NCBI RefSeq assembly: GCF_001194135.2 | Contig: NC_068987.1 | Location: forward strand, 105,550,059 to 105,614,058 | Direction of reading: 5' to 3' | Length of the DNA stretch: 64,000 nt | DNA from: Octopus bimaculoides | Lineage: Eukaryota | In this document: piece by piece, positions 35,700-47,689 of the stretch | Position numbering within the stretch: the stretch's first letter is position 1 | Layout of the letters: each line of letters begins with the position of its first letter | Program-made: the position numbers and the translations under genes | The notes under the pieces: model-generated | Told to the model about the DNA's origin: nothing | Seen by the model: only the letters and a program-made list of their open reading frames with translations | The model's database searches: none

Positions 35700-36265
35700 A
35701 CATTGTAGAAGATCTAATGTAATTTATAAATGCCCCGTCTTCAACACATTACACAATTCTACAGCTACATATATAGGGTCAACCATATGTTTTAAACAAC
35801 GATATGTCACTCATCTCAATTCTTTTAGATACAAGAAACACAGTAAATCCACAACACTTGCCAGTCACACACATCATCTCAAAAATAGAAATATTCCCAA
35901 CATTTTGTCACGGTCCATAATAGATTCACAGCTTCCATACCAAGGTCAACGCTTAGCCTTAAGCTATGCCTGAAAGAGTATTCCACATATTAAAACACAA
36001 TTCCTCAACACTACTAAATAAATATCATGAGGCCCTAAGTACAGGCAAACACCGCTTTATTTTCATACCTTCAAATTTTACCGCAATATGTATGTATCGC
36101 GCTAGCCACGAAACCTTTTTTTCTATTTCCTCTCCCTGTTTATTTCTGTGTTCCTTTCTGCTCGAAACGTAAAAGACTTTCTCATTTCCCGAGCGTAAAG
36201 CTAATACATCTGTTTGTTGTTTACACACCCGTCTTTGTCTTTTATTTTTTTTGTAAATTCTCACT
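35700..36265 (+). mobile_element. Penelope-like GIY-YIG fragment plus 3' terminal repeat
   Basis: CRRSNVIYKC...ATYIGSTICFKQRYVTHLNSFRYKKHSKSTTLASH (GIY-YIG). The tail GCTCGAAACGTAAAAGACTTTCTCATTTCCCGAGCGT... is shared with 63400-63510. Confidence 0.82.
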
Positions 36266-36731
36266 ATATATATATATCAAGGGAGTTAAACGATACATGT
36301 TTCGAATACAACATTGGTATTATTCCAAAGGAATTAAATGGTGTAAAACAATGTAATCTTCGTATCAGGGAAATAAATAAATAAACCAAACTCATCAACA
36401 AGATATATTAACAGAATGTGATAGATGTGTATAATGATGAACGGAACGCTATTAAGTTTATTTTTCAAAGACCATTAGAAGATATAACGTCAAAGATAGC
36501 CTATAGAAGGAGGGGGGGGGGTAAAGGAAAGAAATATGCAGAAAACTAATAAATGAAAAATATAGAGTGATATGTGAATTAGATAAAAGCTTAAAGGCTT
36601 AGAAAAAGATATATCTAGTGGTAGTGAAATTTAAGAAGAAATTCAATGTTCAAACCATATAATAATGGTAGATATCACTTATATGAACTAAAGGTATGTT
36701 AATTGTAAACAAGGGAAAAATACACAAATCC

Positions 36732-36777
<46 letters not shown>

Positions 36778-36782
36778 ATATA

Positions 36783-37021
36783 TAACAAATGATAGAGACG
36801 ATAAATGGAATATACGATAAAATTTATTGCTCACAATGATCGTTTCAACGCATCTTGCATCAATCCCTCACGGATGGGATACCGTACAACTGGTTGCAGT
36901 GCATCCCTCTAGGGATGTACAGTATCCCACCCACGTTGTATCGATGCAAGATGGGTCGAAGCGATCGTTGTGGGCAATAAAGTTTCTCGTATATTCCATT
37001 TTCAGTCTCTATCATTTGTTA
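36783..37021. mobile_element. Palindromic MITE, 239 bp, TA ends
   Basis: Arms of ~82 nt; the first 17 nt TAACAAATGATAGAGAC are identical. About 11 mismatches by manual alignment. Confidence 0.85.
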
Positions 37022-37899
37022 TGTACTCCACGAATACTGAAGATCTAGAAATAACTGTGCAAACACCGTGGATGACGTCAGATAGCTATAAGCAGTGAAC
37101 GTGCTTCACCGGCTAACCACTCGGCACATACCCGATGCTGAAATGGTTATATATATTTATACCTGTATATATGTGTGTGTGTCTGTCCGTGTGTTTGTGT
37201 GTGTATGTGTGTATATATGTTTGTCTGTATATATATATGTGTATATATTTTTGTGTGTGTGTGCATGTGTATGTAGTAAAATGTTAAAATTCTCCGTAAA
37301 TCACATCATAAACGAAAGAAGTTCAAAATGAATTAATATCATATATATTTAACTAATTTCAAAGAGTACGATGCATAAAAAAAAAGAAAAATAATCAAAA
37401 ATCTTTTCCTACCAGTTTCAACGCTAATTAGGTATCTTGAAGGATACTAAATGTTTTTTCTATCTGTTTCAAAGTACAATGTCATTAAATGCTTTTACTC
37501 AATTTCAAATAGAACATAAATGGCAATAACACACGAATAGTCACTGATCTTCCTCATATCGTGAATGGAATCATTGCTGAGAATGCAAATATCTTAATAA
37601 TGTCAGGCGTAATAAAGTTATTTCAAGAGACAGTATTAAGTCATCTTAGCAGCCTAATAATGTTATGTCAATTAAAATACTATGCATTTTGGCTGATATT
37701 TTGTTTAGAAATTGCTTTGCTTTGCTTATTCGTTGCAGTTTCTTTGTTGAATCACTTCACTGACAATAAAATTCAGCAAGAATGGTCACTCTTCTACAGA
37801 GTGTGAGGTCAGTTTAGCCAATATAATATTCTCAGCAACCTTTGCAAGTTAAAATATATATTAAAGTTTCGGAACAACACAAACTAGAAATAATGTGAA

Positions 37900-38800
37900 G
37901 TTATTTCTAGTTTTGAAAACTAGGCCTTTTTAAAAATTCAGTATCTAATAAATAACCTCATACTCCACAATTGAGGCGGCTGTATTTACTGACTTTTGTA
38001 TACACTTTTGCATTCGTCACTGCCTATTTAAAAAGATTTTTCCTGTCTTTCACGTTCAATGATAGAATCTTTTTCTATGAGCTTTATCATCATTTGGTCT
38101 CGAAGTATATAACTAGATTTTCACGAATGTAGCAAAACTTCGCCGAAGAGTTCTGTCGTAGCACATAACATTTCTTTCATGTTTGTGTATTGAAGTTTCT
38201 AATTGTGAATTTGTTTCCCACTTTAAATTCCATCATTGATTAAATTCAGAGAATATATTCTTTTCGTAAGTTCTTTCTTCACATTCTGTTACATAATATT
38301 TTATTGAAGGTTTCAAGACTTGTATACATTCATTTCACTAAGCTTTATGTCAACACTGGGATCCATGTCGTGTCTCTACTTCTGAACTTGCTGAAAAAAT
38401 GAATACTAGTATGGTTTCTCTTCCTTGCGCCTATTATTCTCATCTTCTATGCTATTGTTTCTGTATTTTGTAATGTAAAATCCATTATAATCCTTATAGT
38501 TATACCTTACGAAATAACGTCGATCATGAGAAAACCCCTGTTGACTCGGCATAAAACATTGTTTATTCCTCCAATCATGTGAAGCAAATCTATCACATGA
38601 CATTTTCCAACTCCCACACCGTTTATCATTTAACTTTTGCCTATTTATCCAATTGCGTGATACATTATTGACTCTATCGGGTGAAATATTTTTTATACAT
38701 TGACTCAATTTATGGATTTATTCTTTTTCATCTCGGGTATGCTTGTTTTTATAGTACAGTCTTATTCATTTACATCGTGGACAATTGGAATTACAGTTTA
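37900..38800 (-). mobile_element. R4/Dong-like (restriction-like endonuclease) non-LTR retrotransposon, decayed C-terminal region
   Basis: Remnants FYAESTG, YFVRYNYK, ETILVFIFSAS and TRHG (CCHC region), then IIERER..SF*IG..KSVYKSQ*I..LWSM (PD-D/E-xK region). Confidence 0.5.
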
Positions 38801-39559
38801 CCGTTTTACAATTTGTTCTGAAATTATTTATTATTTTTCGTTCATTAATAAAATCAATATTTGAATACAATATCATTATTCGTTCCTAAGTTATAACAGA
38901 TTATGTTTAAAATCTCATTTGCTTCTTCGATTCGGAACCTATTTCCTCTGACGTTTGGATTCCTACTCCTTGGTATATCACGTTGGTTATGCCTAAAATT
39001 ACTTCTGTTCTGTTACTCAATTTAAAATCTTGTTTCTTCTAAAATTTGAATTCCTAACTGTTAGTCTATCGAGAAGGCGTTGGTTGTCTTTGAGAGATGA
39101 CAGTCCTCCAATTGTCAAAATTTCTGTCAAACTTTAGTTTATTTTGATTTTGTATTTGGTAATTGTGTTACTGGGGTCGTGTTTGTTGAACTGTTTAAGT
39201 ATAACATTTCACATTGTCGTTTTCATTAAGAAACAGCTTTCCGAAGTGTTTTCCTTCTTAAAATGCTTCCAGTAGTTAAAAAAGCAACCCCTCTGTAACG
39301 ATACCAACCCTTCACTCTTGAATATTTTCTTCCATAATTTGCAAACCTGTAAATCATGTAATTTTCTATCAGTTTATATTTTTATTAAATTTTACATTTC
39401 ATTTCCTCATGAATGCGTTTGTATTTCTCATTGTGTGCATCTGTTCTCAGTTTCATAAATTTAATTTCGTTTTTAATTTTATGTCGCATTTTTCCTGCTC
39501 TGATTCTTCACTTATAGTCTTAAGCTGTAATTTTCTCAGCAAGATCAAGTTGTGGTTAT

Positions 39560-39800
39560 CCAAAGTTCATAATTTTTGACTATATTTCGGCTTTTGGACG
39601 AATTAAAAATCTCTTGAACAGTATAAAACTCACATCCAATATGGAACACAATAAGGACAAACTCCCATTCACAGATAAAATGGACATAAAACGAAACAAG
39701 AAATTAGAAGTATATTCATTAAATGTACTCATCTAATCTAAGGTAATACTTCCTATTCACTTCATGCCATTCGAAAATGTTCGAGTTAGCATTCCAAATA
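39560..39800 (+). mobile_element. Penelope-like RT thumb fragment
   Basis: SIKLTSNMEHNKDKLPFTDKMDIKRNKKLE resembles SIKFTxExExxxKLPFLD. Confidence 0.45.
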
Positions 39801-40540
39801 AATCAGCAAAACGAATGTGCACAATAGTCTTGAATCAGTCAAAAAGATATTATAGAGTGATGGATGGAGTTGAGGTCTTTAGTTGTAGTGAAGTCAGCTT
39901 GTCAATCAGAGGATCAGTGTGAATAAAGTTATGGCAGCACAAGTATATAAACTTTGATCAACATCCATTTGTAATACCCAATGGTTTTAATTTGTGCTTC
40001 ATTTTGGTCAAATTTAAATATAGCCAAATAAGACATGTATGAATCTTAATTTCTAATTATAACGGATAGCTGAGGAAATGTTCCTTCATAGGCATAGCTT
40101 TACTAGTCACTGCTGCTGAATGTCCATCCAAATTTACGAGTTTTGCAAATATGCTGAAATTATATTTGCGAAAATAGCGCCATTGTAGGTCTAGCTTAAA
40201 TATATTAATGTTGGTCGATCGATTGTAATCTCACTATATTCGCTGATGTAGGTGTAGCCGGGTCGCAGAGCTCCACGCGTACGACCTTGTTGTTTGCATT
40301 GTAGAGTTAGCAGTGCAGAATGTCAGAACTTCGTCGTGGTTTGTTCAGCTTAACGCGTGTCTACTGCCACTGCCTCTCCAGTCTATAGGTCCCGAAAGAT
40401 GTATTTATCACTTAATATTCAACCAATCAGCCGATCCACGCATATCCTCAGAGTGCGTTCCTTACCGAGTGGCGCAGGTGACTAGCAGCATGACTTTTAA
40501 GTAGCTGTCCATGCTATATGTATATATGCATACAACAGTT

Positions 40541-40575
<35 letters not shown>

Positions 40576-40839
40576 NNNNNNNNNNNNNNNNNNNNNNNNN
40601 NNNNNNNNNNNNNNNNNNNNNNNNNNNNNNNNNNNNNNNNNNNNNNNNNNNNNNNNNNNNNNNNNNNNNNNNNNNNNNNNNNNNNNNNNNNNNNNNNNNN
40701 NNNNNNNNNNNNNNNNNNNNNNNNNNNNNNNNNNNNNNNNNNNNNNNNNNNNNNNNNNNNNNNNNNNNNNNNNNNNNNNNNNNNNNNNNNNNNNNNNNNN
40801 NATATTCATGATCAGAGGTGTTCGAAAACCGAGATGCTA

Positions 40840-40875
<36 letters not shown>

Positions 40876-42109
40876 CGTCTATAAAATGTTGTATACATAA
40901 ACACACACACGCACGCATACACGCACACACACACAAAAACAAAACTACATTTTATTCATTCTCCTGTGTGATCTACGTATATATTAAAAACAAGAAGATA
41001 TGTATGTTTATGTTTTGATATATAAAACGAAGGATGATATTTCATAAAAGGACGAAATGGGAGAAGTATCGATGTATTCTTATGCATTGAGCTAATTCAT
41101 TTTCCCTGTAAACTGTCAGACAAACACTTTGAAACTTTTTTTTAGCAATGCAACATTGTATGAAATTACTTCGCATAAAATAGCAACCAAACTTTGATGT
41201 TTTGATATGAGCATTAGGTGGAGTGAAATTATATTTAATTATTTGTGCGTAAAAAGTAAATCCTAAATGATTTTTATACTAGTAAGCATTAATTAGTAAT
41301 AAATAGATATTTAATAACACTATAGATTCTATGTTAATAGTATAAACACGGTTATGGGAGATATCAAGCATGAGAAACATGTACGTGTACGTGTGCATAC
41401 ATACATATATGTATATATATAGTAACACACACGCACACACACACACACATACATACACACTTTTTCTTTTATATAATTATACATATATAAAATAATTTTA
41501 ATATAACAGTTGTACTTAGATGAAATCATAAACAGCATTTCTATAATTAAATTTAATCACTTTACCACATCCTACAAACAAAAGTTAGCTATCATTTTTC
41601 ATTAATATGCTGTTTTTGATGTAGATTAATATTATAAAATTGATAATCATTCATCAAAAATTTTTGAATTTATTTCGATTTTCGAATATAGTTTCAATTT
41701 TACTGCTGTTGGTTATATAATGTAACTAGCTATTTTTTCCCTTATATAAATCAATACTCAACGAAAAATGCTCATCACTATGGCGACGGTTTTTGTTGCA
41801 CAAATGTGCTGTTTTACCTCACTGTATTTATATAACTATGGTGTAATATTTAATTATGTTTACATGCATTTGAAACAGACTGGAGGGTACACAAACGCGT
41901 TTAGTTTCGTAGGATCTGAGGCTCTCCTCCTCTTCGAAGTAGTGCCCCAGCATGGGTGCAGTTCTATGACTGAAACAAGTGAAAGATAAAAGATTATATA
42001 CATAGCTACACATTCCGGTTTAGTACTCAATACTATTAGAGAAATTAATGATATCTCAATTTTAGCAGAGTCGTCTCTCAGCAGTCATAACTGATAACCT
42101 TGTGAACAT

Positions 42110-42147
42110 GTGTATATATATATATATATATATATGAAGAGAGAGAA

Positions 42148-42225
<78 letters not shown>
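42110..42225. repeat. (TA)n-(GA)n microsatellite
   Basis: Seen directly. Confidence 0.97.
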
Positions 42226-42226
<1 letters not shown>

Positions 42227-42767
42227 AAGAGAAAGAGAGAGAAAGACAGGCGGGATACTTAGGCAGAGCTGAATAAGCAGGGCTTCCAACAGGGGAGATA
42301 CAAGAAAAGACAGCCCAGAATCGAGAAAAATAGAGAAAAGTCGTTGACGGCCTATGCTTTATGGGGGGCGAAATGCTTAAATAATTATGTGAAGTCATAT
42401 ATAAATGGTTTACTGGAAGAAAATTTCTGACAGGGTTAAACAATAATCACAGCAATAAGGACAATAACAATTTCGCTGCAGCAGTTTAATTTTGTCCAGC
42501 TTCAATATCTTATCTGACTTTAGCACTAATATTAAGTTGTTTACAAATTAATAATTAATGAATACGGATCAGTGATTGAAGCTGCCATTTAAAACGTGTA
42601 AATAATCTCTTGTGTTATTAGACATCCTGTTACTAACATTCTGTATATAAACTGATGTGAAATGTTAAATTGGTAGATTGTAGTCTATTATGTCTTGAGG
42701 TAACTGGTCACTAATAAACTTCACCGAGGAAATCTGAGATCGGTTTATTGGTTGGAATTGTGACCGT

Positions 42768-43188
42768 AGGCGCAGAAGTGGCTGTGTGGTAAGTAGTTAG
42801 CTTACTAACCACATGGTTCCGGGTTCAGTCCCACTGCGTGGCACCTTGGGCAAGTGTCTTCTACTATAGCCTCGGGCCGACCAAATCCTTGTGAGTGGAT
42901 TTGGTAGACGGAAGCTGAAAGAAGCCCGTCGTATATATGTATGTATATATATATATATGTGTGTGTGTGTGTTTGTGTGTCTGTGTTTGTCCCACCCAAC
43001 ATCGCTTGACAACCAATGCTGGTGTGTTTACGTCCCCGTAACTTAGCGGTTCGGCAAAAGAGACCGATAGAATAAGTACTAGACTTACAAAGAATAAGTT
43101 CTAGGATCGATTTGCTCAACTAAAGGCGGTGCTCCAGCATGGCTGCAGTCAAATGACTGAAACAAGTAAGAGAGAGAGAGTAAAAGAG
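42768..43188 (+). mobile_element. SINE family B, full length
   Basis: tRNA-like head (TGGCTGTGTGG; GGTTCAGTCCC), ACCTTGGGCAAGTG core resembling the CORE-SINE motif, internal TA/TG repeat, and tail CAGCATGGCTGCAGTCAAATGACTGAAAC with a GTAAAAGA-type repeat. Confidence 0.93.
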
Positions 43189-45656
43189 TATTGCCAAGAA
43201 TAGAGTTAATACCAATTGCATTGTTCACATTATATTCCAAACTAGTTTTCATTTACTAAAACCTTGGGCACATAAAGCAATTACTGACCGCTTATGTTTT
43301 CTGTACTTGTGAGTACGTCAACAATATTTGCTCGCGTGTAATAGCCAGCTGTACTTTAGATTTAACATTGGAATACTTGAAGCTAATAGAGCCCAGTCCA
43401 ACTGGTAACAATTGTTGAAGACAAAAACTTCTATGATACGTCAAATAATGTGATTTATGATAATGTTACGTTGGCCTCCTTCACTGACACATAGCAAACC
43501 TACGATGAAAGCGACGTTACGCTGCTGCAGCAGAGATGGCCAACTCATGGTGTATGAGCCAATAAAAACAGTGCATTGGATTGTAAGAAATGATGCATTG
43601 CACAGCAGTCCAGACTTGTTCAATGGACATTCGATAGCAATTTGACCCTGAAGCGCCAGTACATCCTAGTTGTTTGCTGTTTAGTTTACAGTTAATACTC
43701 TTACATTACCGAGTTGCTCATTGTTCGTTCTTTGTGAACATTTTCAGGTTTATACATTTACAAAAATAAGTCTTGTTTTTGCTATACCCGTTACAATACA
43801 AAATGAAATAAAAGAAAAAACGGGTTGTGCTAGTAAATGAGAATTTAAGAACATAAGAATAAAGAACTTTATTCGCAGTGAGTTCTTCAGGAAAACTGTT
43901 GTATATTATCTGTGAAATAGCGAAAATATTTTCTTACATAATAAAAGACATGAAGGTAATAGACAATACAAAACACAATATAAGCTTAAAATAGAAAGAA
44001 AACAGAAGCTAGCTACGGAAAGTAAGCAATTGAGAAAAAAAAATATAGAAGAAATGAAAAGAAGACAAAAGATATTTGTTGAAAGAAGTTGAAAGAAGAC
44101 AAAACATATTTGTTGAAAGAACTTGTGTAAGTTTGATGATAAAAAAAGCATTGGCAAAAAAACCCCCTCCCCAAAACGGAAGTCTTTCCCCGAAGAAGTA
44201 ATTGTTAGGTCTCGTCTCCCAATACTTGCAAGATGTCTTGATGAAAATAGCGAAAGAAAAGTAAAATGAAATTGCTTTGTCCAGGCAAATAGTTACGATA
44301 CTCGTCTAAAAACTGAATCATAATGTATCGTGATGTAAGTTTCTAGAAGAGAAAACAAATGTGCTAACCAGAGAAGGATCCCTTTATGTTACTTGATTTA
44401 GCATTTTTACTTGTAATCAGTCATCTGAATGGGTTAATTACTAAAATGATATCAATGTATTCAAGATAAAATTATAATTATTCGACTCTTAATCAGAAAA
44501 TGAGTATTCTAATTAGTATCTGCACTTAAAAGCGCATCGCAAATGTGCTGATTATCAATAATATTAATACGCAAAATTTTGCTTTTGTACGTACCCGTTG
44601 TGTGCGTCACACTTCTTTGAAGTGGCAAAGCGTGAGAGAGAAGGAGAGAGAGAGGAAGTAAGAGAGAAAGAGAGAGGGGGTGAGAGAGTGTGTATGAAAG
44701 AGAGTGGAAGAGACATCAGTAGTGACGGCGTTCGTTTTGTGCTTTTAAATGTTTCAGAGAGGAAGTAAAAGGGAAAGAAAGAGAGAGAGAGAGAGAGTGA
44801 AAGAGAATGAGAGAGAGAGTGAAAGAGACAGCGAGTTGTGACGGCGTTCGTTTTGTGGTTTTAAATGTTTCAGAGAGGGCGTTAGAGAGGTGCTTACATT
44901 TTTATGTCTTCTGTGAATTTTTCCCGGGTCCAGCTAGTAATCATAATTCTACGAAATATGGTGAAAAATAATCAACTTATTGCAAGAATCCTATGAAAGC
45001 AATGATTATGGTTATACTTATGAAATTCTGTTTATAAATGAATATTTGCTTTCAGAAACCCATTTTACTGAACACACACACACACACACACACCCTACGC
45101 AGACACACACACCCTACACACACACACACACCCTACGCACACACACACACACACCCTACGCACACACACACACACCCTACGCACCACACGAGTATGCCTA
45201 GTAGCGTACAAATGAAACTTGTTGACTTGAAAAACAAAGTCATTAGTGAAAGCTATTTTGCCCTGTGAACATTTTCAAAGCGAAGAAAATTTGCCCAAAG
45301 TTACACCTGTTGTTTCGGAGCGACGAACAGATATGAACACACATTTTCATCAATGAAGCGGATAAGAAGAAAAGTAAAAACAAAACAAAATATAAAAAAA
45401 AATTAAAACAAAAACAGTAAATCGAGATAATGATTGACTGATTCCAATTTTAAGAATTCCCTGCTGGTCTCAGTAACTAATTTGATTCCTAACACTAATG
45501 CTAGGCGAAAGCAAAACTAACTCAGAAGTCTCATTAAAATTGAGATTTTCTTTAGACTAACTCATTATACTATGTTAAAATGCTAAATATACGTAGCTAT
45601 AATAATATATTTTATACAATAACTGAATAGAGATGCAAGACTGTATAGAACACCTC

Positions 45657-45743
45657 AACTCATGCATGGAATATACAATAGTAAAGGAATGCACAGTAGG
45701 TACAAGTGTAAAACAAATCCAAATTGACGACGTATGGCAGATG
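45657..45743 (+). repeat. 87-bp perfect direct repeat, copy 1
   Basis: Identical to 47110-47196. Confidence 0.95.
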
Positions 45744-45757
45744 TCCGATAATTGGTA

Positions 45758-45788
<31 letters not shown>

Positions 45789-46080
45789 GTAGGTATGTGT
45801 GGCTGTATGCGCATGTGTAGGTGTTTGTATATATCTAAGGTTTTCTAATACACACTGTGTTATGCGTAAATTATTTATTAATTATTTTATCACGATGGCA
45901 ACAAACGCACGATAAATTCACTGAGCCATTGCGGCTAAATTCTAGTGTCTAATTGAAATATTAGAGCAAAGAGTGGGGACTTGTCTTCTGGTGAGTGGAA
46001 ACATGTCGAGGCAAACGCATTTATTTTTCTCTGTGTGTAGGAAAGTATCAAGATGTTATCCGCATTTATAATCCCATTAC

Positions 46081-46303
46081 TACGACGGAGTGCTGAAAAG
46101 TTCCTGGCTTTAAGGGTTATGCGAAAGGCCTGGTTGGGGGCCCAAATTTCTGAGTTCTTCTACAGGGCTTAGAAAAACTGAAGGACTGCTGCAATAAATG
46201 TGTGAATCTGAGAGGGGAATATATTGAATTAAATCATAATCAACAACTAACCCTCCTGTATTTTCTTTTATCCAAAGTCAGGAACTTTCAGTACCCCTGC
46301 GTA
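46081..46303 (+). mobile_element. mariner MITE, 223 bp
   Basis: TIRs TACGACGGAGTGCTGAAAAGTTCCTGGCTTT / AAAGTCAGGAACTTTCAGTACCCCTGCGTA with TA ends. Internal KCVNLRGEYIE* matches the mariner C-terminal KCxxxxGxYxE motif. Confidence 0.88.
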
Positions 46304-46519
46304 AGGGCTTCAAAACAACTGTAGTTTATAAATTTATCTTAGGTTTTCAAATATACGTTGTGTTGTGCACAATAGATACTCACACAGACACATACATACA
46401 TACGTACGTACGTACGTACATACATGTACGGGTGCATAGGAAGAACCTCATTTTCAATGCTGGAATACAAGACGGCCTTTGTCTCTGTCTCCCACTCTTG
46501 GATGCTAAAAGACCTTCGA

Positions 46520-46960
46520 CTTGCTAAGTTCCAGTGAGCATAACCAAAGCTATAGCTGACCTGATTTCATCGTGGGACACCATCTTGAAGTTAAATACAA
46601 CAAGTGATTGTATTATCACTGATAGAATACAGTATCGCCCCTTTATGATGTTGCTTGTACTCTCTGTAAACCCTTTCTTATTCATGTTAAGGAAATCTGA
46701 AGGATATCTCACTGGTTTACAAGGAAACAGAAATACCAAAATTACAGTTTCTTTGTGAATGATTTGAAACTATATTCAAAGAATATGCTTGAGATATAAA
46801 AGAGCATTGACTTGGTTACAACATTCTCAAAGGATATAGGTTTGGAGTTTGGTCAAGATAAATGTCGCGAAAAGAGGGAAAGCTGTAAAACAGACAAACA
46901 ACATCTCCATCAATGATAAACTTTTCAGAAGTTTATCATTTAAGTATATCTGAGCATGTC
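46520..46960 (+). mobile_element. R4/Dong-like reverse transcriptase fragment
   Basis: LVLSVNPFLFML..., then FFVNDLKLYSKN (YxDD-box variant) and LVTTFSKDIGLEFGQDKC. Confidence 0.75.
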
Positions 46961-47109
46961 TAGATATGCAAGTATATGCATGAGAATACAAACATAAAAT
47001 AAGAAATACAAATCTTCACATATACATACATACAAAATTCCAATGAAGGAATCTTGGATCTAGGTTAGAAACCGGCTATTTCTCTACTAGCAAGAAATTC
47101 ACTGATCTG

Positions 47110-47196
47110 AACTCATGCATGGAATATACAATAGTAAAGGAATGCACAGTAGGTACAAGTGTAAAACAAATCCAAATTGACGACGTATGGCAGATG
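47110..47196 (+). repeat. 87-bp perfect direct repeat, copy 2
   Basis: Identical to 45657-45743. Confidence 0.95.
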
Positions 47197-47689
47197 GTGG
47201 CTATCTACAGGTTAGACGAGCCTAACCGCAGCTGACACGGTGTCAGTAATGCCGGTGCAAGGGCTTTAAGTTACGTGCGGGTTGCAGAACACGATAAATG
47301 ACATATATTAGGAATACCAAGAAACCCAAAGGAAAGCAAATACTTGAATGCTCGTATATGGTATCAGAGGTTTTAAAAGACAAACAAGTTAAATACGTAA
47401 GTTTTATATAAGAAAGTAAAATGTCGAATTACTGTTGAGAAAATATCAAGTTTCCAAAAATGTTTGATAAGAGAGTTATATAATTTTAGCGATGCCCAAC
47501 AATAGCAATCAACAAAAGATGCTAATTCTTTTTTTGTCCAAGCAAAATTGTTGAATCTTAATGGTTCCTCTTCCTCACCTGCTGGAACAAAATGTACAAT
47601 TGCAAGTACAACCAATAACTTCTAGTAAAGCCATTTCTGCTGAAGTAGTTTCTGCATCGTTGTTTCAGTCAACATTAGCACAACCAGCC

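Noticed and set aside
43441-43700. Short ORFs in a non-repetitive, balanced-GC patch
   Set aside because: No recognisable motif, stops in all extended frames and no coherent splice pair.
45657-47196. LTR retrotransposon or TRIM reading of the 87-bp direct repeats
   Set aside because: No TG...CA termini, no PBS/PPT seen, no flanking TSD, and the interior is unrelated TE debris.
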